From the NCBI GenBank assembly GCA_002504435.1, contig DAQP01000043.1, forward strand, positions 16,810 through 80,809: a stretch of 64,000 nucleotides of DNA, read 5' to 3'. Below, piece by piece: positions 37,251 through 45,828 of the stretch; position 1 is the first letter of the stretch; each line of letters begins with the position of its first letter. The notes beneath the pieces were generated by a model that worked only from the letters and a program-made list of their open reading frames with translations, was not told the origin of the DNA and searched no databases. A program made the translations under genes and the position numbers. The stretch comes from Euryarchaeota archaeon UBA438 (GTDB lineage: Archaea; Thermoplasmatota; Poseidoniia; Poseidoniales; Thalassarchaeaceae).

Positions 37251-38309
37251 ATGGCCACTCGCCTGCCCCTCGCCAGGGATGCCGCGGATAGTGCAATGGG
37301 ATGTGGCTCGGCGCCCCCCGAAGAAAGAGAATCTAGGAGGTCTAGGGAGAGAAAGAGGCTGCCTAAGTGGTTCAAAACTTCACTCCCGGTTGGCACCTCC
37401 CAAGTAAGGTACAATGAGACAAAGAGCCGAGTAGTTGAGAATGGCCTGAATACAGTTTGTGAAGAGGCTAGGTGCCCCAATGTTCACGACTGTTGGGGCA
37501 GGGGCACTGCAACATTCATGATTGCTGGAGATATTTGTACTCGTGGTTGCAGGTTCTGTGCCATTGACACGGCTAAGAATCCCCCTCCTCTTGATCCTTC
37601 AGAGCCAGAGTCTCTGGCGGATGCGGTCAGTAGAATGGGTTTGAGCCACGCGGTAATTACTGTTGTGAACAGGGATGACCTGCCAGATGGTGGTGCGAAT
37701 CATTACGCTGAGTGCATCAAAGCAATTAATGAGAAGTCTCCTGATGTCGGGCTGGAATTGCTTTCTTCCGACCTAGATGGGGACTTAGATTCGCTTGCTA
37801 GGCTACTAGATGGTCTGCCTCTGAAGGTGTTTGCGCACAATGTTGAGTGTGTGCCTAGGCTAGACTCAGTTGTCAGAGACCCCAGAGCTTCATTTGAACA
37901 GTCCATTTCTATCCTCATGGAGGCCAAGAGAATTAGGCCAGACATCCTGACAAAGAGCAGCATTATGGTGGGCCTAGGTGAAACGGACGAGGAGGTTTCC
38001 GAAGCGATGATGAGGCTTCGTTCTGCAGGAGTAGACATGATTACTCTGGGCCAGTACCTTCAGCCTGGCGACAGGCACCTCCAGGTGGACAGGTTTCCCG
38101 AGCCCTCAACATTCGCGAGATGGGACAAGGAAGCTAGAGAAATGGGGTTCAGTGCTGTTGCCAGTGGGCCTCTAGTGAGGTCTAGTTACAGGGCAGGGCT
38201 GCTTTGGGAAGAGGCGAAAGGCGGGGAGCCCGTAGTAACAAGGGAGTCGACCGGTTCAGCCGTAAGCTACCTGAAGACAAATCAGATTGGCCAAACCCAA
38301 ACAATATGA
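37251..38309 (+). CDS. lipA: Lipoyl synthase
   Basis: CEEARCPNVHDCW (auxiliary cluster) and radical-SAM motif CTRGCRFCAI. The true start may be the internal MGCGS Met at 37296. Confidence 0.9.
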   Translation: MATRLPLARDAADSAMGCGSAPPEERESRRSRERKRLPKWFKTSLPVGTSQVRYNETKSRVVENGLNTVCEEARCPNVHDCWGRGTATFMIAGDICTRGCRFCAIDTAKNPPPLDPSEPESLADAVSRMGLSHAVITVVNRDDLPDGGANHYAECIKAINEKSPDVGLELLSSDLDGDLDSLARLLDGLPLKVFAHNVECVPRLDSVVRDPRASFEQSISILMEAKRIRPDILTKSSIMVGLGETDEEVSEAMMRLRSAGVDMITLGQYLQPGDRHLQVDRFPEPSTFARWDKEAREMGFSAVASGPLVRSSYRAGLLWEEAKGGEPVVTRESTGSAVSYLKTNQIGQTQTI

Positions 38310-38331
38310 GCAAGGAGCGAGTGATTGAAGC

Positions 38332-39573
38332 ATGGGCGGAGACAGTTCTGACATCCCCCTCCACATCCCGGATGCGCCGCATAGGCCAGGAGAAGATGCG
38401 GAGTTTGCGGACTGGCCTTGGAAGCCGGAAGATCTAGGGATGCTAGAAATCGATTGCTCGGCTGAGGACTCGTCGGGACATGCGACGGGGCTAGTCAGAG
38501 TTCTGGGAGATGACAACAGCGCCTCAGGAAAGTGGGATCCGAAGCTTTCTGCTGAAGAGTTGAGGATGGGCCTTGAGCATATGCTAAGACTGCGTATTTT
38601 CGACGACAGGATGATGAAAATGCAGCGTACTGGCAAGCTTTCATTCTACATGAGGTCTTTTGGCGAGGAGGCGGTGGCAATTGCCCAAACAATGGCACTA
38701 GAGAATCAGGATTGGTTGTTCCCTACTTACCGGCAACCCGGCGCTCAGTTCGTTAGGGGACGTGACATGGTAAGCATGATTTGCCATTGCATTGGTAACG
38801 AGAAGGATAACGTAAAGGGGCGGCAAATGCCGGTCCACTACACCTACAAGGAAGGGAGGTTCATCTCAGTCTCGAGCCCCGTCGGGACACAGTTCAGCCA
38901 GGCAGTAGGCGTTGCTCTGGCCTCTAGGTACAAGGAGCTTGACGAGGTCACAATTACATGGATTGGGGACGGGGCCAGTGCAGAGGGCGACTATCATTAT
39001 GCACTGAATTTTGCTGGCATATTCAAAGCTCCCGTGATTCTAAATGTTGTAAACAATCAATGGGCGATTTCGACCCACAGCAACTTCGCTAGCGGTTTGC
39101 AGAATTTCGCCATCCGGGGCATACCTTACGGAATACCAAGCATCAGGGTTGACGGGAATGACTTCCTAGCACTATTTTCTGTAACTAGGTGGGCTAGAGA
39201 GAGGGCATCCAAGGGACTGGGGGCGACACACATAGAGGTTCTAACCTACCGAGCAGGGGCACATAGCAGCAGTGACGACCCATCCAGATACAGGCCCCAG
39301 GACGAAAACGAGCATTGGCCGGGAGGGGATCCAATTGAGAGGTTGAAAGACCACCTAATTAGTATCGAGGAGTGGTCTGAGGAAGATCACGCAGAATTAT
39401 CCGAGAGGCTGGACTCGGAGGTCATGAGTGCTTACAAGGAGGCAGTAAAATTCGGCGATCTTGCAAATGGCCCTTACCCCTCATCGGACGCCATCTTCAC
39501 TGAAGTCTACGAGAGCCCCCCCTGGCATCTAGTGGAACAATGGGACGAGATGAAGAAGTGGAGGGACGAATAA
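38332..39573 (+). CDS. 2-oxoacid dehydrogenase E1 component alpha subunit (branched-chain/pyruvate family)
   Basis: RTGKLSFYMRSFGEEA (BCKDHA-like), the TPP motif region GDGASAEGDYHYALNFA, and YRAGAHSSSDDPSRYR (phosphorylation-loop equivalent). Confidence 0.9.
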   Translation: MGGDSSDIPLHIPDAPHRPGEDAEFADWPWKPEDLGMLEIDCSAEDSSGHATGLVRVLGDDNSASGKWDPKLSAEELRMGLEHMLRLRIFDDRMMKMQRTGKLSFYMRSFGEEAVAIAQTMALENQDWLFPTYRQPGAQFVRGRDMVSMICHCIGNEKDNVKGRQMPVHYTYKEGRFISVSSPVGTQFSQAVGVALASRYKELDEVTITWIGDGASAEGDYHYALNFAGIFKAPVILNVVNNQWAISTHSNFASGLQNFAIRGIPYGIPSIRVDGNDFLALFSVTRWARERASKGLGATHIEVLTYRAGAHSSSDDPSRYRPQDENEHWPGGDPIERLKDHLISIEEWSEEDHAELSERLDSEVMSAYKEAVKFGDLANGPYPSSDAIFTEVYESPPWHLVEQWDEMKKWRDE

Positions 39574-40583
39574 TGCCTAACATGAATATGGTTGAGTCGG
39601 TGAACAGCGCTCTAGACACCATGCTTTCAAATGATAATGATGTAATCATTTTCGGGGAAGACGTGGGGTACTTCGGAGGGGTATTCAGGACTTCTGATGG
39701 CCTTCAGGAGAAGTTCGGCAAGCATCGTGTTTTCGACTCGCCTCTCTCAGAGGGGGGAATTGCGGCTACTGCCTTTGGGATGGGGATCAATGGACTGAGG
39801 CCAGTTGTGGAAATTCAGTTTGCAGACTACATCTTCCCTGCCTATGATCAGATTGTAAACGAGATGGCAAAGATCAGGCACAGGTCAGGAGGGGAATTCT
39901 GGTGCCCAGTCACCATTAGGACCCCCGCGGGAGGGGGGATTAGGGGCGGACATCACCACTCACAGTCCCCGGAAGCGCAATTCACTCACACCCCGGGACT
40001 CAAAGTAGTCTATTGCTCGACACCATACAACGCGAAGGGGCTTCTAATCAGTGCAATTGAAGACAACGACCCTGTTATTTTCTTTGAGCCAAAGAGATGC
40101 TACAGAGGGCCGTTCTATGGTGATCCCCACAATGTTCCGACCTGGAGTGGGCATCCTGAGGCCGAGGTCCCTGAGTCCCACTATTCAGTTCCACTCGGAG
40201 AAGCGCGTCTGGCAATTGAGGGCGAGGATTGCACAGTCATTGCGTGGGGCGCCATGGTGCATGTTTGCGAGCAGGCGATCAAAGATAGTGGCATTTCCTG
40301 CGATCTAATAGACCTTCAAACCCTAGTTCCTTGGGACAGGGAAGCGATTGAGAAGTCAATAACGAAGACTGGGCGTTGTGTGATTGTACACGAGGCCCCG
40401 AAAACAAGCGGTTTTGGGGCAGAAATGGCAGCTTCCATACAAGAAAGATGTTTCTGGAGCCTTGAATCGCCAATTGAAAGAGTGACGGGTTGGGATACAC
40501 CTTTTCCCCATACTACTGAATGGGATTACATGCCCGGACCGGACAGGATAGCCGCGGCGATCGCGAGGACGCAGGAGGAATGA
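39573..40583 (+). CDS. 2-oxoacid dehydrogenase E1 component beta subunit
   Basis: MPNMNMVESVNSALD...EDVGYFGGVFRTSDGLQEKFG and C-terminal transketolase-like domain. The ATG overlaps the alpha-subunit stop (TAATG). Confidence 0.9.
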   Translation: MPNMNMVESVNSALDTMLSNDNDVIIFGEDVGYFGGVFRTSDGLQEKFGKHRVFDSPLSEGGIAATAFGMGINGLRPVVEIQFADYIFPAYDQIVNEMAKIRHRSGGEFWCPVTIRTPAGGGIRGGHHHSQSPEAQFTHTPGLKVVYCSTPYNAKGLLISAIEDNDPVIFFEPKRCYRGPFYGDPHNVPTWSGHPEAEVPESHYSVPLGEARLAIEGEDCTVIAWGAMVHVCEQAIKDSGISCDLIDLQTLVPWDREAIEKSITKTGRCVIVHEAPKTSGFGAEMAASIQERCFWSLESPIERVTGWDTPFPHTTEWDYMPGPDRIAAAIARTQEE

Positions 40584-41866
40584 GCATGGGAAACTACGAT
40601 TTCAAGCTCCCAGATATTGGAGAGGGAGTTGTTGAGGGGGAAGTTGTAACATGGCATGTTTCCGTGGGCGACAAGGTATCCGAAGACGATCCTCTTGTGG
40701 ATGTAATGACTGACAAAGCGACAGTGACCATACCGTCTCCCACTGATGGCGTGGTTTCCTCACTGAGTGGTGAAGTGGGGGATATGATTGCAGTTGGAAC
40801 TACCTTGGTTGAATTCGATTCCGAGGGAAGCCAGGTTAAGCCAGAGGAGGTCGAAGAAAAGGTGGCTGAGGAGCCAGAAGAGGCCCCTGTTGCGGAACCA
40901 GAGCCCGTCGAAAGGGCGCCTGATCCGGCACCCCCGGCGATATCCCCTCCAACTCCAGAGATCAAGGTCCCTGCTGCTACCAAGAAGAAGGGCGGGGCTA
41001 TTTTGGCTAGTCCTGCGGTGCGTAGGAGGGCCCGGGAGTCGGGGGTGGAGTTGTCCAGCCTCAATGGTAGCGGCCCGGCAGGAAGGGTTCGTCATGCTGA
41101 CATTGATGCATTCCTAGCTGGCGGGGGAGCGGTGATGGGAGCTGCTCCAGCTGCTTATTCGACTAAGAGGACGGATGTAACAGAGGTCAAGGTCGTGGGA
41201 CTTAGGAGGAAGATTTCGGAGCAGATGGTCAAGAGTGCCTTCTCCATTCCTCATTTCTCGTATTTCGAGGAGGTGGATGTTACTGAGCTTGAAGAGTTAC
41301 GTCAAATGCTGAATTCGAGCAGGACTCCTGAACAACCGAAGCTGACATATCTGCCATTCATCATGCTGGCACTCTCCAAGATTATGCCAGAACACCCAGA
41401 ATGCAATGGCCACTTCTACGATGAATCAGGGGTTGTGCACAGGCATTCAGCAGTCAATCTTGGAATTGCTACTCAAACGGATCGCGGACTCTACGTACCT
41501 GTCGTTAAGCATGTCGAGTCCCTGGATATATGGAATGCAGCTAGTGAGCTAATCAGGGTTTCAGGGGCGGCTAGAGACGGTACGGCAAGTCTGGATGACC
41601 TGACGGGTTCGACATTCACCATTACGAGTCTTGGAAGGGAGGGTGGCCTAGGTGCCACTCCAATAATCAACCACCCCGAGATGTCGATACTAGGGGTCCA
41701 CAAAGCAAGGGATATGCCAGTGGCCAGAGGCGGGCAGATAGTTGTCAGGAGAATTATGAATTTGTCAAGTTCGTTCGACCACAGGGTGGTTGATGGAGCT
41801 GATGGCGCGAGGCTGATTCAGCACCTGAAAAGGATGCTCGAGCATCCTGCCCTGATCTTCATGTGA
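40580..41866 (+). CDS. Dihydrolipoamide acyltransferase (E2)
   Basis: Lipoyl domain (DVMTDKATVTIPSP around the lipoyl-Lys), Ala/Pro/Glu-rich linker, E3-binding domain, and catalytic domain with SSSFDHRVVDGA (the DHR motif). The start overlaps the E1-beta stop (ATGA). Confidence 0.9.
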   Translation: MSMGNYDFKLPDIGEGVVEGEVVTWHVSVGDKVSEDDPLVDVMTDKATVTIPSPTDGVVSSLSGEVGDMIAVGTTLVEFDSEGSQVKPEEVEEKVAEEPEEAPVAEPEPVERAPDPAPPAISPPTPEIKVPAATKKKGGAILASPAVRRRARESGVELSSLNGSGPAGRVRHADIDAFLAGGGAVMGAAPAAYSTKRTDVTEVKVVGLRRKISEQMVKSAFSIPHFSYFEEVDVTELEELRQMLNSSRTPEQPKLTYLPFIMLALSKIMPEHPECNGHFYDESGVVHRHSAVNLGIATQTDRGLYVPVVKHVESLDIWNAASELIRVSGAARDGTASLDDLTGSTFTITSLGREGGLGATPIINHPEMSILGVHKARDMPVARGGQIVVRRIMNLSSSFDHRVVDGADGARLIQHLKRMLEHPALIFM

Positions 41867-41875
41867 GGATTCGAC

Positions 41876-43312
41876 ATGTCTGAATTAAGAAAGTGTCAGG
41901 TTCTCATCGTCGGCGCTGGCCCTGGTGGCTATGTTGCTGGAATCAGATCCGGTCAACTGGGACTGGACACGATAGTTGTTGAGGGGGACAAGGCAGGAGG
42001 AACTTGTCTGATCAGAGGATGCATTCCTAGTAAGGCAATGATACACGCTGCTGAGCGTTTCGAGTCCCTGAGTCAGCACGCATCGGAAGGAGGGCATATG
42101 GGCATCTCGGTTTCTGAAGGGCCGATGCTGGACATGTCAGCCATGGTTTCATGGAAGGATGAGATTGTTGAGCGGCTGAACAAAGGTGTTGAGTCGTTAT
42201 TGAAAGGAGCGGGTGTTGAACTATTGAAGGGCTGGGCTAATTTCACGTCCCCCAAGAGGTGCTCAGTGGAAACCTCAGAAGGCACCATTGAGATTGAGGC
42301 TGAAAATGTCATACTAGCTACTGGATCAAGTCATATTGACCTGCCTTTCATGCCTTGTGATGAAGAATTCATTCTATCTTCAACCGGGGCTCTAGACCTC
42401 AAGAATCTGCCAAAAAAGGTGGCCATTGTTGGTGGCGGATACATCGGCCTAGAGTTGGGTTGCGCACTGGCCAAACTAGGTTCTGAAGTTACTGTCGTGG
42501 AGGGGATGGATAGCATACTTGGGATATTTGACAAGGAATTGAGGAGGCCCTTGGAAATTTGGCTAAAGAAGCACGGAGTTGTCGTGCACACTAAGTCCCT
42601 CGCCAGAGGGGCCGAAGTGAAGGGCAGGGGCGCCTCGAAAAAGGTCGAGTTGAAGTTCGAAAAGGGAGGGGAGGAACACACCCTGAAGGTCGACAAGGTA
42701 TTGGTAACGGTTGGAAGGAAACCGAACACGAGTGACTGGGGTCTGGAAAAGACTGGTGTTAGGATGGATGCGTCGGGGCGATTCATCAGGATAGACAGGA
42801 AGTGTAGGACTAATGTTCCCGGAGTTTATGCAATAGGGGACGTCTCTGGGGAGCCGATGCTGGCTCACAAGGCTAGCGCACAGGGCGAAATGGTGGCGGA
42901 GATCATCTCCGGCCTTGACAGGGAGTTTGACAAAATCTCAATTCCTGCTATCGTCTTCACCGAGCCAGAGGTGGTTTCTGTTGGGCTCCTCCCAGAGGAG
43001 GCTGAAGAGAGGGGGGAGTCCGTAATTATAGGCAAGTTCCCATTAGCTGCCAATGGTAGAGCCCTAACTCTCGAGGCGGAAAAGACAGGTGGTTTTGTCA
43101 GAGTTGTGGCTAGAGAATCTGATCATGTGATATTAGGAATTCAGGCAGTAGGCAGTCATGTGGCCGAGCTCCATGGGGAATTCGTTCTGGCCTTGGAGAT
43201 GGGCGCACTATTGGAGGACATTGCAGAAACTGTCCACGCTCACCCGACAATGGCAGAGGCTTTCCACGAGAGCGTCTTGAAGACACTTGGACACGCCATA
43301 CATTCGGCATGA
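41876..43312 (+). CDS. lpdA: Dihydrolipoamide dehydrogenase (E3)
   Basis: FAD motif VGAGPGGYVAG. Redox disulfide GGTCLIRGCIPSK. NAD motif VGGGYIGLE. C-terminal HAHPTMAE dimerisation/active-site His. Confidence 0.9.
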   Translation: MSELRKCQVLIVGAGPGGYVAGIRSGQLGLDTIVVEGDKAGGTCLIRGCIPSKAMIHAAERFESLSQHASEGGHMGISVSEGPMLDMSAMVSWKDEIVERLNKGVESLLKGAGVELLKGWANFTSPKRCSVETSEGTIEIEAENVILATGSSHIDLPFMPCDEEFILSSTGALDLKNLPKKVAIVGGGYIGLELGCALAKLGSEVTVVEGMDSILGIFDKELRRPLEIWLKKHGVVVHTKSLARGAEVKGRGASKKVELKFEKGGEEHTLKVDKVLVTVGRKPNTSDWGLEKTGVRMDASGRFIRIDRKCRTNVPGVYAIGDVSGEPMLAHKASAQGEMVAEIISGLDREFDKISIPAIVFTEPEVVSVGLLPEEAEERGESVIIGKFPLAANGRALTLEAEKTGGFVRVVARESDHVILGIQAVGSHVAELHGEFVLALEMGALLEDIAETVHAHPTMAEAFHESVLKTLGHAIHSA

Positions 43313-43315
43313 GGT

Positions 43316-43996
43316 TTGGCAATGAGGGAGATTAGGGTCCTCAGAGCGGGAATGGTCGAGCATTCCCTTGTTTCAAAGGCCATGAAGGAGCTCCAGAAAG
43401 AAAGGATTGAGGATAAAATTCCGGATACACTCATCATTGTAGAGCACCCCGAGGTTGTAACCATAGGGCCAAAGGCCAGGAGGGATGGGGTCGAAGTTGA
43501 TGGCTACCCCACAACAGAGACTGATAGAGGAGGTGGGATAACCTGGCATGGACCTGGCCAGTTGGTGGTTTACCCCATCATTAAGTGGGAAGTAGGGGAG
43601 CAGAGCGTCAGGAAAATCATCGGAATACTGGAGGACTGGTCCATTGCCGCTATGGGAGAATGTGGTGTTGAGTCCTACAAAGATCCGTCAATGCAAGGGG
43701 CCTGGGTAGATGGGTACAAAGTCTGTTCAATTGGTCTGTCATTTTTGCACTGGGTTAGTCGGCATGGCATGTCGATTAATGTCGATACTCCCGGCTCCAG
43801 GGTTGAGAATCTGGAAGGTTGTGGGATGACAAGAGGGACTCATACAAGTCTGCACCAGCTTGGATACACGCATGATGAATCTGGAGAGCCCCTGGACATT
43901 CTCCGATTCGAAGAGGCGTTGCTTGAAACCTGCGAGGAAATTCTGAAAAGGACCCCAATGAGGCCTGAAAATTGGACTCCGGAAGTATTGGCATGA
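43316..43996 (+). CDS. lipB: Octanoyl/lipoyl transferase LipB
   Basis: IIVEHPEVVTIG...RGGGITWHGPGQLVVYPII...KVCSIGL is the LipB signature with the catalytic Cys/Lys context. Confidence 0.85.
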   Translation: MAMREIRVLRAGMVEHSLVSKAMKELQKERIEDKIPDTLIIVEHPEVVTIGPKARRDGVEVDGYPTTETDRGGGITWHGPGQLVVYPIIKWEVGEQSVRKIIGILEDWSIAAMGECGVESYKDPSMQGAWVDGYKVCSIGLSFLHWVSRHGMSINVDTPGSRVENLEGCGMTRGTHTSLHQLGYTHDESGEPLDILRFEEALLETCEEILKRTPMRPENWTPEVLA

Positions 43997-45186
43997 TTCC
44001 TAAGAAGGGGGACTTATCCAGCCACTGGGGCCTCGATGAAGAAACCGTATTTCTGAACCATGGTTCATTCGGAGCGACACCGATTGCTGTATTGGAGGAA
44101 CAGAATAGACTCAGAAGACTGATGGAGGACGATCCTGTATTATTCGTCGAGAGGGTAAGCCGCGACCTTTGGTGGGAATCCATAATTGCAATCTCCAAAT
44201 TCATGAATGCCGATCCCGACGGGATGGCATTTGTCACAAATGCCACCGCTGGCGTCAATACGATTCTGAGATCCTTGGATCTGGAAAAGGGGGATGAAAT
44301 AATTGTTCCAAATCATGCATACCAAGCGTGTTGGAACGCTGTTGATTTCGTTACCTCTAGATCAGGTGCCAAAACAGTGGTTGTTGACATCCCATTCAGG
44401 GTGGAAAGCGAAGAAGAGATTGTCAATCTCGTTATGGGTGCCATAACCGATAGGACTGTTCTAGTGATGATAGATACGGTGACTAGCCCCACGGGACTGA
44501 GAATGCCATTCGAAAAATTGGTTAGGGAAATTCAGGGAAGGGGCGTTGATGTCCTTCTTGATGCGGCTCACGGTCCCGGCATTGTTGAGATAGACATCTC
44601 CGACTTGCGACCGGCCTACATCACTGGCAACTGTCACAAGTGGATTTGTACGCCGAAGGGTTCAGCATTCCTACACATAAGAGAAGACAGGAAGCACCTG
44701 ATTAAACCGCTAAATATCGGTCACGGTTATTCTAGCGACGGTACGGATCAGGAGAAATTCAGATTCGAATTCGATTGGCCGGGAACCCAAGATCCGACTG
44801 CTTGGCTTTGTATCCCATTTGCACTGAAATACATGGAGGGTTTAGTCGATGGGGGGTGGCCAGAGATAATGGAAAGAAACAGGAGGCTTGCCCTGAAAGG
44901 CAGGAATATTATCTGCGAGGCCTTAGGGACGACTCCTCCGACGCCCGAATCTATGATTTCATCACTAGCTGCCGTTGAGTTCCCATGGGAAGGTGAGGTT
45001 GTCGCCCCGGGGATGGAGGGGGATCCTATTCACAATTACCTGTATGACGATTTCAAGATACAGGTTCCCGTGATGGCGTGGGCGCATCACGGCACCAAAT
45101 ACATCAGAATCTCTGCTCAACTTTACAATCACGAAGATGAATACATTTACCTTGGAGAAGCATTGAAAGAAATCCTTGGCAGGTAG
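43993..45186 (+). CDS. Class-V aminotransferase-fold PLP enzyme (isopenicillin-N-epimerase / cysteine-desulfurase-like)
   Basis: FLNHGSFGATP N-terminus and the PLP-Lys context ITGNCHKWICTPKGSAFL, with overall fold-type-I spacing. Confidence 0.65.
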   Translation: MIPKKGDLSSHWGLDEETVFLNHGSFGATPIAVLEEQNRLRRLMEDDPVLFVERVSRDLWWESIIAISKFMNADPDGMAFVTNATAGVNTILRSLDLEKGDEIIVPNHAYQACWNAVDFVTSRSGAKTVVVDIPFRVESEEEIVNLVMGAITDRTVLVMIDTVTSPTGLRMPFEKLVREIQGRGVDVLLDAAHGPGIVEIDISDLRPAYITGNCHKWICTPKGSAFLHIREDRKHLIKPLNIGHGYSSDGTDQEKFRFEFDWPGTQDPTAWLCIPFALKYMEGLVDGGWPEIMERNRRLALKGRNIICEALGTTPPTPESMISSLAAVEFPWEGEVVAPGMEGDPIHNYLYDDFKIQVPVMAWAHHGTKYIRISAQLYNHEDEYIYLGEALKEILGR

Positions 45187-45223
45187 GAAACCATTCAAGT
45201 CCATTGGACGTGGCCCATCATAC

Positions 45224-45802
45224 ATGCCGGAGGCGGTAGTGGCGATAACTGGGGCCTCTGGAGCCAGGTATGGAGTGAGGCTAGTAGAGCAACTGAGCAA
45301 CTGTGGATGGAATGTAGATCTAATTGTTACAGGGGCTGGCGCCATTAATCTCGATCTGGAATGTGGGATGAAACCAGAAGAGCTATCGGAAATCAACGGA
45401 GTTACGCTGCACAGTAATGCTAACCTTGCTGCTAAACCGGCTTCTGGATCAGCGAAGTATGATGCATACATCCTCTGTCCTGCCAGTGGAACCACAATAG
45501 GGAAGGTAGCCTCAGGAATCTCAGATAACTTGGCCACCAGGAGCGCCCTTGTGGCAATTAAGGAGAGGAGAAAACTGATTCTAGTCCCCAGAGAGACCCC
45601 GATGTCAACACCTCATCTCGAGGCTATGGCAAGGATGTCATCATGGGGCGTTGTGATACTTCCGGCAAACCCCGGGTTCTATCACGCTCCAACGACAATC
45701 GAGGAATTGGTGGACTTTGTTGTTGCTAGGATACTCGACCAGCTAGATGTGGAACACGAGTTGGGAAATAGATGGACTGGCGAAGAAGTTTCACAGGATT
45801 AA
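45224..45802 (+). CDS. ubiX: Flavin prenyltransferase UbiX (PAD1 family flavoprotein)
   Basis: VVAITGASGARYGVRLVEQL ... ILCPASGTTIGKVASGISDNLATRSA ... ILVPRETP ... is the UbiX/Pad1 FMN-binding pattern. The start is placed at MPEAVVAITG. Confidence 0.7.
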   Translation: MPEAVVAITGASGARYGVRLVEQLSNCGWNVDLIVTGAGAINLDLECGMKPEELSEINGVTLHSNANLAAKPASGSAKYDAYILCPASGTTIGKVASGISDNLATRSALVAIKERRKLILVPRETPMSTPHLEAMARMSSWGVVILPANPGFYHAPTTIEELVDFVVARILDQLDVEHELGNRWTGEEVSQD

Positions 45803-45828
45803 ACGTCACCTAGGGAATCGTTTTCCAA

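Noticed and set aside
37150-37296. N-terminal 49-aa extension of the FolM-like reductase ORF (track start 37296)
   Set aside because: The extension (MHYPRHPWRGAGEW...) would overlap lipA on the other strand and precedes the Rossmann motif by an implausible basic stretch. The start was reassigned to MSGGTVVV.
40594-41117. Antisense and alternative-frame ORFs within the E2 linker region
   Set aside because: The Ala/Pro/Glu-rich E2 linker creates open frames on both strands. The E2 reading carries the lipoyl, E3-binding and DHR catalytic motifs.
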